A model generated the notes under the pieces. The model saw only the letters and a program-made list of their open reading frames with translations. It had not been told where the DNA came from and searched no databases. A stretch of 64,000 bases of DNA from an uncultured Nitrospinota bacterium (lineage in GTDB: Bacteria > Tectomicrobia > Entotheonellia > J063 > CAVPRW01), in NCBI GenBank assembly GCA_963707985.1, contig CAVPRW010000002.1:64001-128000 (forward strand), written 5' to 3'. Numbering within the stretch: the stretch's first letter is position 1; each line of letters starts with the position of its first letter. Below, in pieces: positions 11,100-21,514 of the stretch. The position numbers and the translations under genes are program-made.

Positions 11100-11512
11100 G
11101 ACCCTGATCACTCGTAAAGACAGTTTATGAGATGGATGATGTTAGAAATTGCCAGAAATCGATGACTAAAGTGCTCTTGTGTAAAACAGGGGCCTTACGT
11201 TTGGGGATAGGACTGTCAGGTACTCACAGCTGGCCGGGTGGGATGATGAACTGGGATGTGTGGAATCCCCATGGGCTTGCCTAGGCGCGATGAATGCTGC
11301 GTGAAGGGGAGGCGTAGGCCTTTCGGAAACAGCCACGTCACCAAGTCATCGACGTGTGGTGCAGGTGCGAAGTAGGAGGACAGAGGACATCTACCGCCGA
11401 AATTCTCGCATGACGGTTTGATGGCCGTGGTGAGCTTCAAACGCCTCTTCGCAAGACAGGCCGAGGGCGTGATGGAGATTCCTCGGTAAAGGCAAGACCG
11501 AGTGGCAAGGCC

Positions 11513-11550
11513 TGAGGACGGAACAGGAGACGGTTCTTGCTCCGTCCTCA
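11513..11550 (-). terminator. Stem-loop just downstream of the SBP array
   Basis: TGAGGACGGA...TCCGTCCTCA 10-bp perfect stem 17 nt past the stop at 11568; no clear U tract. Confidence 0.45.
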
Positions 11551-11567
11551 GTGCTCGGTCTTCGTGA

Positions 11568-12887
11568 CTATCCTTCCGGATACCTGGCGTAGATCTCGAC
11601 CACCTTTTTGTGCGCGGCCTCGACCGCCTTCTCGGCCTCGACGTTCTCGACCAGCACCTGTTGCACCATCCGGGACAGCACATTGGTAGCCAGAACCTCA
11701 CCTGCTGCGGCACTCTGACTGCCGGGATAACCGAACTGACGTCCATGCTCGAGCATCGCACGCCAATGCTGGAACGCCGGCCGCTGCCAGAACTCATTGG
11801 CGTACATCCCTTTGTAGGGGGGTCCCCAGCGCCCGCCCCCCTCTTCCATCACCGCCCGCAGCTGCTCCGGCTCCATGGAGTACTGGACAAATCCTTTGGC
11901 CAGTTCGGGATAGGGGTTGTGCTTGAAAAGCATCCACTCCCCTGTGCCGACTTGATCGACTGGTCCAGCCGGGCCGGCCGGCGACGGGAGCATGCCGGTC
12001 ACGTCGTACAGCTCTTTATCCGACTCCGACAGGTAGGCATAGATGCTGCTGGCGTTCAGCACGAAGATCACCTGGCGCGATTGATAGGCTTTGTTGTTCC
12101 CTTGATTGTCCCAGGAGACCGCCCCCTTGGGGATGATCTTGTGCTTCTGGTACATATCCGCAATCATCTTGACGGCCTGGACCGTGCCTGGCGAGTTGAG
12201 CGCGACGGTCTTGTCGTCCGCTTCCACCAGCTTCCCACCGTGGCTCCAGATCGTATTGATAATGTTGTTATCGGCATCTGTATGAAGCCCCAGGCACATG
12301 CCGAAGCCGGTGAGCTTGGGCGGTTTCTGGAGCTTTTTACAGACCTCGATGAGCTCGTCCCAGGTCTTCGGGGGATCGACTTTGTTGGCCTCCAAAATAT
12401 CCATGCGGGTGATCAGGGGCGTGGGGCTTACATAATGCGGCACGCTGTAGGCCTTGCCCTTGTACATCACGGCCCTCACGGAAGCATCGTAGAGACCACC
12501 TGGCACTTTTTGCATCCGCTCGACGACATCGGTCACCTCGATAAGGTGTCCCTGGGCACGATAGAGTGCTGCCTGAGCCTGGCCGTACCGGGTGACATCG
12601 GGAGGATTCCCAGCCTCGAGCGCCGCCACCATCTTCGTCAGCCATTGTCCGGTGCCAATCTCCGAGTATTGGACCTCGTTTTCCTTAATCCCGGCCTGCT
12701 TGGCGTAGGCAAAACACTGCTCTTTCATGAGCCTATCGACCTGAGGCGCAAGGGCCACGGGAGCCCACACGATCAATTTCGCGTCGCGCGCCGCATGGGC
12801 CCGGCGCCCCAACCACCAGGGAGCCGTTGTCGCCAGCGCCGCCATCATTCCTGCCTGTTTCAAGATATCGCGCCGTGTCAGCATCAC
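11568..12887 (-). CDS. ABC extracellular solute-binding protein family 1 (CUT1), Tat signal; array copy 4
   Basis: LTRRDILK twin-arginine signal ending AHA; AGNPPDV, PPKTWDEL and WDNQGNNKAY motifs. Confidence 0.9.
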   Translation of the reverse strand: MMLTRRDILKQAGMMAALATTAPWWLGRRAHAARDAKLIVWAPVALAPQVDRLMKEQCFAYAKQAGIKENEVQYSEIGTGQWLTKMVAALEAGNPPDVTRYGQAQAALYRAQGHLIEVTDVVERMQKVPGGLYDASVRAVMYKGKAYSVPHYVSPTPLITRMDILEANKVDPPKTWDELIEVCKKLQKPPKLTGFGMCLGLHTDADNNIINTIWSHGGKLVEADDKTVALNSPGTVQAVKMIADMYQKHKIIPKGAVSWDNQGNNKAYQSRQVIFVLNASSIYAYLSESDKELYDVTGMLPSPAGPAGPVDQVGTGEWMLFKHNPYPELAKGFVQYSMEPEQLRAVMEEGGGRWGPPYKGMYANEFWQRPAFQHWRAMLEHGRQFGYPGSQSAAAGEVLATNVLSRMVQQVLVENVEAEKAVEAAHKKVVEIYARYPEG

Positions 12888-12942
12888 CGGCTCCTCTCAT
12901 GATCTTGTGATGGCTTGAGCATTATGCCTTCGCCACCCATGT

Positions 12943-14264
12943 TTATCCTTCCGGATAGCGGGCGTAGATCTCCACCACCTTGTTGTGCGCGTCCTCGACC
13001 GCCTTCTCGGCCTCCCAGTTGTCCACCAGCACATGGTGCATCATGCGGGCCAGCATCGTGGTGGCATATACCTCACCCGCCGCGGCACCCATGCTGCCAG
13101 GGGAGGAAAACAGGCGCCCGCGATCGAGTATCCCGCGCCAATGCTGGAACCCTGGCTTCTGCCAAAAGGGCGTTAGTTATACATGCCTTTATACGGCGGC
13201 CCCCAACGCCCGCCCCCTTCTTCCATCACCACTCGCAGGTTCTCCGGCTCCATGCAGTACTGGACATACCCTTTGGCCACCTCGGGGTAGGGGTTGTGCT
13301 TGAACAGGAACCACTCCGCTGTGGCGACTCGATCGCTTGGCCCTGCCGGGCCGCCTGGCGCCGGGAGCATGCCGGTCACATCGTACAACTCCTTGTCCGA
13401 CTCCGACAGGTAAGCATAGATGCTGCTGGCGTTCACGACGAAGATCACCTGCCGCGACTGATAGGCCTTATTGTTGCCCTGATTATCCCAGGACACCGCC
13501 CCTTTGGGAATGATCTTGTGTTTATGATACATATCCGCGATCACTTTCACCGCCTGCACCGTGCCCGGCGAGTTGAGGGCCACGGTTTTGTCGTCGGCTT
13601 CCACGAGTTTGCCGCCGTAGGCCCAGATCGCATCCATCACATTGCCTTCGGTATCCGTGTGCAGCCCCAGGCACATACCGTAGCCCAAGAGTTTGGGCGG
13701 CTTCTTCAGCTTGTTACTGACCTCGATGAGCTCGTCATAGGTCTTGGGGGGATCGACCTTGGCGGCCTCCAGGATATCCATACGGGCGATCAGAGGGATG
13801 GGGCTGATGGACTGCGGGACGCTGTAGGCCTTGCCCTTGTACATGACGGTGCTGAGGGAAGCATCGAAGAGGCCGCCAGGCACCTGCTGCATCTTCTCGA
13901 CGACGTCGGTCACCTCGAGCAGATGTCCCTGGGCGCGATAGAGGGCTGCCTGGGTCTGGCCCTGCCGGGTAACATCCGGCGGGTTCCCGGCTTCGAGCGC
14001 CGCGACCAGCTTCGGTATCTGTTGTCCGGTGCCAATCTCAGAGTATTGGACCTCGTTTTCCTTGATCCCGGCTTGCTTGGCGTAGGCGTAACACTGTTCC
14101 TTCAGAAGCCGATCCACCTGCGGCGCCAGGGCGACGGGACTCCACACGATCAATTTCGCGTCGCGCGCCGCATGAGCCCGGCGCATCAGCCACCAGGGGG
14201 CGGTCGTCGCTAGGGCTGCCATCATTCCTGCCTGTTTCAAGATATCGCGTCGTGTGCGCATCAC
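12943..14264 (-). CDS. Family-1 SBP paralog, copy 3 (frameshift near 13175)
   Basis: ORF 13173..14264 continues in another frame (FWQKPGFQHW...YARYPEG, stop at 12943); collinear with the neighbouring copies. Confidence 0.85.
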
Positions 14265-14319
14265 CCTTTCCTCTCATGGTCCTGCGACGGCTTGAGCATC
14301 GCCCCTTCGCCACTCATGG

Positions 14320-15640
14320 TTATCCTTCCTGATAGCGTGCGTAGATCTCAACGACTTTTTTGTGGGCATCCTCGACGGCCTTCTCAGGCTCTACGTTTTC
14401 CACCAGCACTGCCTGCATCATGCGGTTGATCACATTGGTGGCCAGTACCTCACCCGCTGCGGCACTCTGGCTGCCGGGGAAGGCGAATTGGCGCCCTCGT
14501 TCGAGCATCACGCGCCAATGCTGAAACGCCGGCTTCTTCCAGAAGTCGCTGTTGTACATCCCTGGGTATGGCGGTCCCCAGCGCCCACCCCCCTCCTCAA
14601 TCATCACCCGCAGGTTCTCCGGTTCCATCCAGTACTGGGCCAGCCCCTTGGCGACCTCGGGATAAGGGTTGCGTCTGAAGAGTATCCACTCCGCCGTGGT
14701 GAGTTCCTCGATCGCCCCAGCGGGGCCGGCGGGCACAGGGAGCATGCCAGTCACGTCATACAGCTCCTTGTCCGACTCCGACAGGTAGGCATAGATACTG
14801 CTGGGATTGAGGACAAAAATCACCTGCCGCGATTGATAAGCCTTGTTGTTCCCTTGGTTATCCCAGGATACCGACCCCTTGGGAATAATCTTGTGCTTCT
14901 GGAACATATCCGCGATGAGCCTGACCGCCTGAACCGTGCCCTGGTGAGTTGAGGGCGATGGTCTTATCGTCGGCTTCCACCAATTTGCCGCCGTAGCTCC
15001 AGATGAGATTCATGATATTGTTATCGGCGTCGGTCTGCACCCCGAGGCACATGCCAAAACCGGTGAGCTTCGGCGGCTTCTGGAGCTTTTTGCAGACCTC
15101 GATGAACTCGTCCCAGGTCTTGGGGGGGTCGATCTTGGCGGCCTCGAGGAGATCCATGCGGGTGATCAAGGGCCAGGGGCTGACAGACTGCGGTACGCCA
15201 TGAGCCTTGCCCTGGTGCATGACGGCCTTGAGAGAGACGGGAAAGAGGCCGCCGGGGACTTGTTGCATCTTGTCGACCATGTCGGTCACGTCAAGGAGGT
15301 GTCCCTGAGACTGATAGAGAGCCACCAGCGCGCTCCCGACCCGAGTGATATCCGGTGGATTGCCTGCCTCGAGCGCCGCGACCAGTTTCGGCGGGAGTTG
15401 TCCAGTGCCAATCTCAGAGTATTCGACCTCGTTCTCCTTAATCCCCGCTTGCTTGGCGTAGGCGTAGCACTGCTCCTTCATGAGCCGGTCCACCTGGGGC
15501 GCCAGGGCGACGGGATTCCACACGACCAGTTTCGCGTCGCGTGCCGCATGGGCTCGTCGCACCAGCCACCAGGGAGCCGTCGTCGCCAACGCTGCCATCG
15601 TTCCTGCCTGTCGCAAGACGTCGCGTCGTGTCAGCATCAC
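14320..15640 (-). CDS. Family-1 SBP paralog, copy 2 (frameshift near 14940)
   Basis: ORFs 14858..15640 and 14320..14907 join at LNSPG/TVQAV to give a full-length paralog. Confidence 0.85.
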
Positions 15641-15707
15641 CGCCTCCTCTCATCATTGTATGACGGCCCCAGCCTGCGCCTGTGTACCACCCAATGACTG
15701 AGCCATA

Positions 15708-15744
15708 AGGACTGGGGATTGGCGTAGGTCCTGTCCCCAGTCCT
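15708..15744. repeat. Intergenic hairpin between SBP copies 1 and 2
   Basis: AGGACTGGGGA...TCCCCAGTCCT 11-bp perfect stem with no U tract. Confidence 0.5.
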
Positions 15745-15755
15745 CAGCGCTGTTT

Positions 15756-17069
15756 CTACCCCTGAAATCGCGCGTAGATCTCCACCACTTGTTTGTGGGC
15801 GTCCTCGACGGCCTTTTCGGCCGCCACATTTTCCACCAGCACCCGCTGTACCATGTGCGACAGCACATTGGTGGCCAGCACCTCACCCGAGGCAGACCCC
15901 ATACTCCCAGGCGCGGCGAACTGGCGTCCACGCCCGAGAATCACACGCCAATGCTGGAATGCGGGTTTTTGCCAGAAGTCGCTCTCATACATACCCTGGT
16001 ACGGTGGTCCCCAGCGCCCGCCGCCTTCCTCCATCACCACCCGTAGGTTCTCGGGTTCCATATAGTACTGGAGCAAGCCTTTGGCGACCTCGGGATAGGG
16101 GTTATGCTTGAAGAGCATCCACTCGTCCGTGCCGAGCTCCTCGATCGCCCCGGCCGGGCCGGCAGGCACTGGGAGCATGCCGGTGACATCGTAGAGCTCT
16201 TTGTCCGACTCCGACAGGTAGGCATAGATGCTGCTGGGGTTCAGGGCGAAGATCACCTGCCGCGACTGATAGGCCTTGTTGTTCCCCTGATTATCCCAGG
16301 AGATCGCCCCTTTGGGGATGATCTTATGCTTCTGGAACATCTCTGCGATCAGCTTCACCGCCTGGACCGTGCCCGGCGAGTTGAGGGCGACGGTCTTATC
16401 GTCGGCTTCGACGAGTTTTCCGCCGTAGCCCCAGATCATATCCATAATATTGTGATCCGCATCCGTGGCCAAGCCCAGGCACATAGCAAAGCCGGTGAGC
16501 TTGGGCGGCTTCTGCAGCTTGGTGCAGATCGCGATCAACTCGTCCCAGGTCTTGGGGGGGTCGACCTTGGCAGCATCGAGAAGATCCATACGGGTGATCA
16601 AAGGCCAGGGACTGACAGACTGGGGGACGCCGTAAGCTTTCCCGTGGGACATGACGGTATTGAGGGAAACCGGCAACAGCCCCCCTGCCGTTTGCTGCAT
16701 CTTCTCGACCAGGTCGGTCACCTCCAGGAGGTGGCCCTGGGCGCGATAGAGAGCCATCAGTCCCTGACCGAACCTGGTGACATCCGGTGGGTTCCCAGCC
16801 TCGAGCGCCGCCACCATCTTCGGCCCCAATTGTCCAGTGCCGATGTCGGAGTACTGCAGCTCACTCTCCTTGATCCCGGCTTGTTTGGCGTAGTCGTAAC
16901 ACTGCTGCTTGAGGAGCTTGTCCACCTGGGGCGCCAGGGCGACGGGCATCCATACGGTCAGTTTCGCGTCACGAGCCGCGTGGGCCCGGCGCACCAGCCA
17001 CCACGGGGCGGTCGTTGCCAGTACTGCTGCCGCCCCTGCTTGTTTCAAAATATCACGTCGTGTCAGCAT
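15756..17069 (-). CDS. Family-1 SBP paralog, copy 1, Tat signal
   Basis: True start MLTRRDILK at 17069 with RBS GAGGA; the longer ORF call overlaps the permease out of frame. Confidence 0.9.
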   Translation of the reverse strand: MLTRRDILKQAGAAAVLATTAPWWLVRRAHAARDAKLTVWMPVALAPQVDKLLKQQCYDYAKQAGIKESELQYSDIGTGQLGPKMVAALEAGNPPDVTRFGQGLMALYRAQGHLLEVTDLVEKMQQTAGGLLPVSLNTVMSHGKAYGVPQSVSPWPLITRMDLLDAAKVDPPKTWDELIAICTKLQKPPKLTGFAMCLGLATDADHNIMDMIWGYGGKLVEADDKTVALNSPGTVQAVKLIAEMFQKHKIIPKGAISWDNQGNNKAYQSRQVIFALNPSSIYAYLSESDKELYDVTGMLPVPAGPAGAIEELGTDEWMLFKHNPYPEVAKGLLQYYMEPENLRVVMEEGGGRWGPPYQGMYESDFWQKPAFQHWRVILGRGRQFAAPGSMGSASGEVLATNVLSHMVQRVLVENVAAEKAVEDAHKQVVEIYARFQG

Positions 17070-17083
17070 TCCGATTCCTCTCA

Positions 17084-17929
17084 CTAACCTTTGACAGCTC
17101 CCAGTGTCAGGCCTTTCACCACCCAACGCTGGAAGATGAGAAACATCACAACCGGGGGTAGGGCGCTGATGATCGTCGAGGCCATCAACGGCCCCCAGAA
17201 GAACACATCTGCACTCATGAAGTTGACCAGCCCCGCGGTGATGGTGCGGGCTTGATTGGTGCTGGTAAACACGTAGGCATACAGAAACTCGTTCCAGGAA
17301 CGGGTGAACGAGAAGAACATCACCACCACCAGGGCTGGTAGCGAGACGGGCAGGATCACCCGAATGAGCGCTGTGACACGATTGCAGCCGTCCACCAGCG
17401 CGGCTTCTTCGAGCTCGACCGGCACCGACTTGAAGTAACCCATGAGCAGCCAGGTGCAAAACGGCACATCGCCGCCCAGGTAGGCGATGGTCAGCCCATA
17501 CAGGGTGTCTGTGAAGCGGAGCGTGCTCATGATGGCGAAGAGCGGGATGAACAGGAGCGAGGGGGGGACGAGATACGTACACACCAGGGCGCGGGCCAGC
17601 AGCTCCCGTCCGGGGAACTTGAGGCGTGCGATGGCGTAGGCCCCCAGGCTGGCAATGATGACCGAGAGCAGCGTCGAGCTCACGGCCACCACGACGCTGT
17701 TGCGGAGGAAGAGGAGGTAGGGGGTATCCCTGAAAATGGTGACGTAGTTGTCCATGGTCGGATTTTCGGGGATCAGCGTCGCCTCATAGCCGTAGATCTC
17801 CTTGTCATGCTTCAGGGACGTGACGATCATCCAGTAGAAGGGGATCCCCGTCCATAACAGCATGAGCAGCAGCACCATATTGCCGGCCCCCTTCGCCATA
17901 CGCTTGGAGGTGGTCATGGTCAGAGTCAT
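17084..17929 (-). CDS. Carbohydrate ABC permease (MalG-like)
   Basis: 6 TM; FKSVPVELEEAALVDG EAA loop; WNEFLYA; GLTLGAVKG C-terminus. Confidence 0.93.
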   Translation of the reverse strand: MTLTMTTSKRMAKGAGNMVLLLMLLWTGIPFYWMIVTSLKHDKEIYGYEATLIPENPTMDNYVTIFRDTPYLLFLRNSVVVAVSSTLLSVIIASLGAYAIARLKFPGRELLARALVCTYLVPPSLLFIPLFAIMSTLRFTDTLYGLTIAYLGGDVPFCTWLLMGYFKSVPVELEEAALVDGCNRVTALIRVILPVSLPALVVVMFFSFTRSWNEFLYAYVFTSTNQARTITAGLVNFMSADVFFWGPLMASTIISALPPVVMFLIFQRWVVKGLTLGAVKG

Positions 17930-17932
17930 GGG

Positions 17933-18889
17933 CTACACCTCCCTTTCACGCAGCATGCGTCGTGTCAAGAAATAGATCAAGATCACAAAGACGGGGAAGA
18001 AGAACAGTGACACCGTCGCTCCCATCCCCAAGCGCTGGGCACCCCCCAACGCCAGAGTATAGGACAACAGTGGGAAGATCATCGTTCGATCTGCTGGGCC
18101 TCCGTTCGTCAATACCAACACGAACTGAATACCCGCCGCGGTCAGGATTGTGGACAGCATGACCACGGTGATGAAGATCGGCCGTAGGCAGGGGAGGGTG
18201 ATGTGGCGAAATTGCTGCAGCACTGTGGCTCCATCGATCTCTGCCGCTTCGTAGAGCTCCTTTGGGATGGATTGCAGGCCGGCCAGGAACCCCATAGTGA
18301 AAAATGGCGTCCCCTGCCACACGACCACAGCGATGACGGCGAACATCGCCAGGTGTGGATCAGAGAGCCAGGAGATGGTCTCCTCGATGAGGTTCAGACG
18401 CACGAGTATGTTGTTGATGAGCCCGCTCGCATCGTCATAGATCCAGCGCCAGTTCAACGCCGAGATCACCGTCGGTACCGCCCAGGGAATGAGCAGGAAG
18501 GAGCGAAAGAGATTGTTGAAAAGCCGCTCCTGGTTGAGCACCAGTGCCATACCGAGCCCGAAGAGAAACTTGATCCCCACGCTCACGCCTGTGTAAAAAA
18601 CCGTGTTGTAGACGGTGCGCCAGAAGACATCCATGTTCAGCAGCTCGCGGTAGTTGTCGAGCCCGATGTATCGGCCGACGGCGCCAGCCGTCTTCGTCTG
18701 GAAGGTGAGCAAGACGGCGTTCACGAAGGGATAGGCTACGACCCCGATGACGACTAGGAGCGCGGGGGCCAAAAACAGATAGCCGAGGGTGCGGTCACGT
18801 AGAAAGAAGCGAGAGATTTTGCCGCTCTGAAAGCGCAGGTTTTTACTGTCTGGTGAGAGGGCGATGCTCGATGTCGCGGACGAAGCCAT
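17933..18889 (-). CDS. Carbohydrate ABC permease (MalF-like)
   Basis: YLFLAPAL, GLDNY, AGLQSIPKELYEAAEIDGA EAA loop. Confidence 0.93.
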   Translation of the reverse strand: MASSATSSIALSPDSKNLRFQSGKISRFFLRDRTLGYLFLAPALLVVIGVVAYPFVNAVLLTFQTKTAGAVGRYIGLDNYRELLNMDVFWRTVYNTVFYTGVSVGIKFLFGLGMALVLNQERLFNNLFRSFLLIPWAVPTVISALNWRWIYDDASGLINNILVRLNLIEETISWLSDPHLAMFAVIAVVVWQGTPFFTMGFLAGLQSIPKELYEAAEIDGATVLQQFRHITLPCLRPIFITVVMLSTILTAAGIQFVLVLTNGGPADRTMIFPLLSYTLALGGAQRLGMGATVSLFFFPVFVILIYFLTRRMLREREV

Positions 18890-19131
18890 GTGCCATATCC
18901 TCCACGAAACGTGTTAAGGGGACTGACAACTGTTAACAATTGCCTGCGAACTACACGCAAGCGAGGGACAAAGAAGAATGTGACATAGTCCAAGGCGCCA
19001 GTGCAGTCGGGTCCACCAACGGAACCTCTCGTGGAACATCATCAACCGCATCGCCTTCCCCAACAACAGGTCATCACTCGGGAGTATACCGTCAAGAGTT
19101 CACTAGGATAGGTATAAAAGAGTGGATCGAA

Positions 19132-19161
19132 AAGGTATCCTAGGTCGTGGGCGGATGTCAA
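19132..19161 (-). promoter_or_regulatory. Putative sigma70 promoter of the sugar ABC operon
   Basis: Minus strand TTGACA-N18-TACCTT upstream of 18889. Confidence 0.4.
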
Positions 19162-19274
19162 GAAAAATTCAGTGCTTTCGTAGGGCAGATCCAAGGACCT
19201 AGTCATCGTCTTTTACCGTCTGTCTGATGTGGACGATAGGGAATGATTCAGACAATCCCCGGACTCGGTGGCGA

Positions 19275-20114
19275 TTAGACCTGTTCCGGTGGCACCGCAC
19301 GGCCGTTGGTGACGCGCCACACCTTGGTCGCCCGGGCGGCAACTTCCCCGTCCGGTGTCATCCACATGCCAGCCACGACCGGGAGCGTTATGAGGCCGGC
19401 CTTCGCCAGCAATTTGGCACGTTTGTCGGCCCGTTGCACGTCGTACGGGCCTACCCCCCAGGAAGCCTCCACCACCAGGAACACTTCCTGGTCGTCCTCC
19501 CGTCGTCGACCCCGCACGATGGCATCGGCCCAGACGATCTCATCCACGTCCTCATCGGTGAGTTGCCCCGCCGTCACCGCTCTGTCCAGCATGGCGTTCA
19601 ACTCATCGGCTGAGAGGGTGTGGGCCTGACGAATCAGACGGTTGAAATAGGCGAAGGGCCGTTCCCGATAACGACGCTCGAGATCGCTGCCCTTGAGCTC
19701 TCCGACATCATCCTGGAGCTTCCCGACATCATCCTGGAGCTTCCCGACATCATCCTGGAGCTTTCCGACACCATCCTGCAGTCTTTCGACAAGCGTCGTT
19801 AGCGTAGCAGTATGCTCCTGCAGCGACTGTATGGCTGCCCGCATGACATCCAGATGTCCGGTCAACGTCAACTGCGCCGCGACTAATTCCTGGAAGCGAC
19901 GTTCAGTTTCAGCCCGAAGGCTTTCTACACTTTCCTCCAACCGTCCAACTCGTACCTCTGTGCGCTGCTGCGCTTGCACCAACTCACGGACCAACTCCGG
20001 CAGCGCCAGCAGCTCATCGGTCAGCACGAGACGACGCAGATCAGCTCGCCACTCAGGCCGCTCTTGCAGGAGTCGGATCAGATCCTGAAAATCTTCCACG
20101 CTAAAGGCCATCAA
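19275..20114 (-). CDS. Coiled-coil protein with a C-terminal PD-(D/E)xK-like domain (DUF3782-like)
   Basis: DLIRLLQERPEWRADLRRLVLTDELL N-terminus, heptad repeats, DAIVRG...FLVVEAS..V...DVQRA..RA C-terminus. Confidence 0.7.
   Translation of the reverse strand: MMAFSVEDFQDLIRLLQERPEWRADLRRLVLTDELLALPELVRELVQAQQRTEVRVGRLEESVESLRAETERRFQELVAAQLTLTGHLDVMRAAIQSLQEHTATLTTLVERLQDGVGKLQDDVGKLQDDVGKLQDDVGELKGSDLERRYRERPFAYFNRLIRQAHTLSADELNAMLDRAVTAGQLTDEDVDEIVWADAIVRGRRREDDQEVFLVVEASWGVGPYDVQRADKRAKLLAKAGLITLPVVAGMWMTPDGEVAARATKVWRVTNGRAVPPEQV
19702..19785. repeat. 21-bp tandem repeat, 4 copies (one heptad, KLQDDVG)
   Basis: CCGACATCATCCTGGAGCTTC twice exact, third copy with 1 mismatch, fourth degenerate. 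Confidence 0.92.
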
Positions 20115-20387
20115 TGGCTCCTACCCACGCCGTAGGTCAGCAGCAGCGATGCTCATCTCCTGATGTCCCATCAGCTCAGCCGGCAGCCATACTCATGCAT
20201 AGAGCTGGTGGAGCAGAGCCTCTGCCACAAACGACTCTGGGAAGAGTTATTATAGCTTTTTCAAAGCCATAGGACAATAGTCCCTATATTCCGGAGCTGG
20301 GCCAACATGTCGGCGGAAGCCCGGACCTATCTACGGCGTGCACCCTGGGGAATGCGCTTCCCCGGACTTTCATGAACCTTGACCGAG

Positions 20388-21458
20388 TTAGCCCTTAACC
20401 TGTTCGGAGATGGGGTTGGCGAGGTCATCGACCTGAATTTGAGAAGGATGTGAGGCCGAAGAGGGAGAGAAGTCTTTCCCGGTGCCGAAGAGATAGCAAG
20501 CCACCTGGCGTCCCGTGTCGCCGACGGGCAGCAGCGGTGGAGTGGCCGAGGCACAGATATCCATGGCATGCGGGCAACGGGTGCGAAAGCGGCATCCGGA
20601 GGGAGGATTGATCGGGTTCGGCGGGTCGCCGATGAGCGGTGGACGCTCGATGCGTTCATCGGGGTTCATCGACGGGGCAGAGGCGAAGAGCGCCTGGGTA
20701 TAGGGGTGCAGGGGGGTGGCGGAGACCTCTTCGGCGCTGCCGATCTCGACGATCTGTCCCAGATACATGACGAGTACGCGATCGCTCAGGTACTCGATGA
20801 CGTGCAGGTCGTGCGAGATGAATACGTAGGTCAAGCCCAGATCGTGCTTGAGTGTCTGCAGCAGGTTGAGCACTTGGGCTTGCACCGATTTGTCGAGCGA
20901 TGACACGGGTTCATCGAGCAGCACGAGTTTCGGATCCAGGACGAGCGCACGGGCGATGTTGACGCGCTGGCGTTGTCCACCGCTGAGCTCATGGGGGTAG
21001 CGGCGGCCAAACTGTTCGGCGCGCAGCCCCACCTTATGCAGAATATCCCACGCCTTGGCTCGGGCCTCACGGCGAGACGCCCCGTGGACAAGCGCGTTGA
21101 AGGCGACAGCATCTTCGATGTTCATGCGTGGATTGAGTGATGAGTAGGGATCCTGAAACACCATCTGCACCTGTCGGCGGTAGACCTTCATCCCAGCGGT
21201 AAAGACCTTGAGGATGTTCAGGCCTTCGAAGTACACCTCGCCTGCATCTGGCTCGATGAGGCGCAGCAACAGGCGCGCGGTGGTGGATTTCCCACACCCG
21301 GATTCGCCGACGATGCCCAGGATTTCACCGCGCCGCACGTCGAATGAGAGGCCATCGACTGCTTTCACCTCCGCTTGCATGGTATGAAAGAGCCCACCGC
21401 GGACCGGAAAATACTTACGCAGGTCGAGTACCCTCAACAGCAATTCGGTGCGTTCCAT
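20388..21458 (-). CDS. Peptide/nickel ABC ATPase (OppF/DppF-like)
   Basis: GESGCGKST, LSGGQRQR, LLDEP, PSGCRFRTRCP oligopeptide C-terminal domain. Confidence 0.95.
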   Translation of the reverse strand: MERTELLLRVLDLRKYFPVRGGLFHTMQAEVKAVDGLSFDVRRGEILGIVGESGCGKSTTARLLLRLIEPDAGEVYFEGLNILKVFTAGMKVYRRQVQMVFQDPYSSLNPRMNIEDAVAFNALVHGASRREARAKAWDILHKVGLRAEQFGRRYPHELSGGQRQRVNIARALVLDPKLVLLDEPVSSLDKSVQAQVLNLLQTLKHDLGLTYVFISHDLHVIEYLSDRVLVMYLGQIVEIGSAEEVSATPLHPYTQALFASAPSMNPDERIERPPLIGDPPNPINPPSGCRFRTRCPHAMDICASATPPLLPVGDTGRQVACYLFGTGKDFSPSSASHPSQIQVDDLANPISEQVKG

Positions 21459-21514
21459 GCCAGCTCCGATAGCGTCGGAAGAAGTTTTCCAGAACTCGAT
21501 TGGTCAGCGGATCA

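Noticed and set aside
11568..17069. Diversity-generating retroelement explanation for SBP variation
   Set aside because: No reverse transcriptase in the window, and the differences are not evidently adenine-specific.
11610..17087. Long plus-strand ORFs of 430, 432 and 327 aa
   Set aside because: Antisense shadows of the GC-rich SBP genes with no motifs of their own.
17070..17582. Apparent 170-aa N-terminal extension of SBP copy 1
   Set aside because: It overlaps the permease out of frame; the RBS and Tat signal place the start at 17069.
19702..19785. Possible CRISPR array
   Set aside because: The repeats are contiguous with no spacers and encode a coiled coil.
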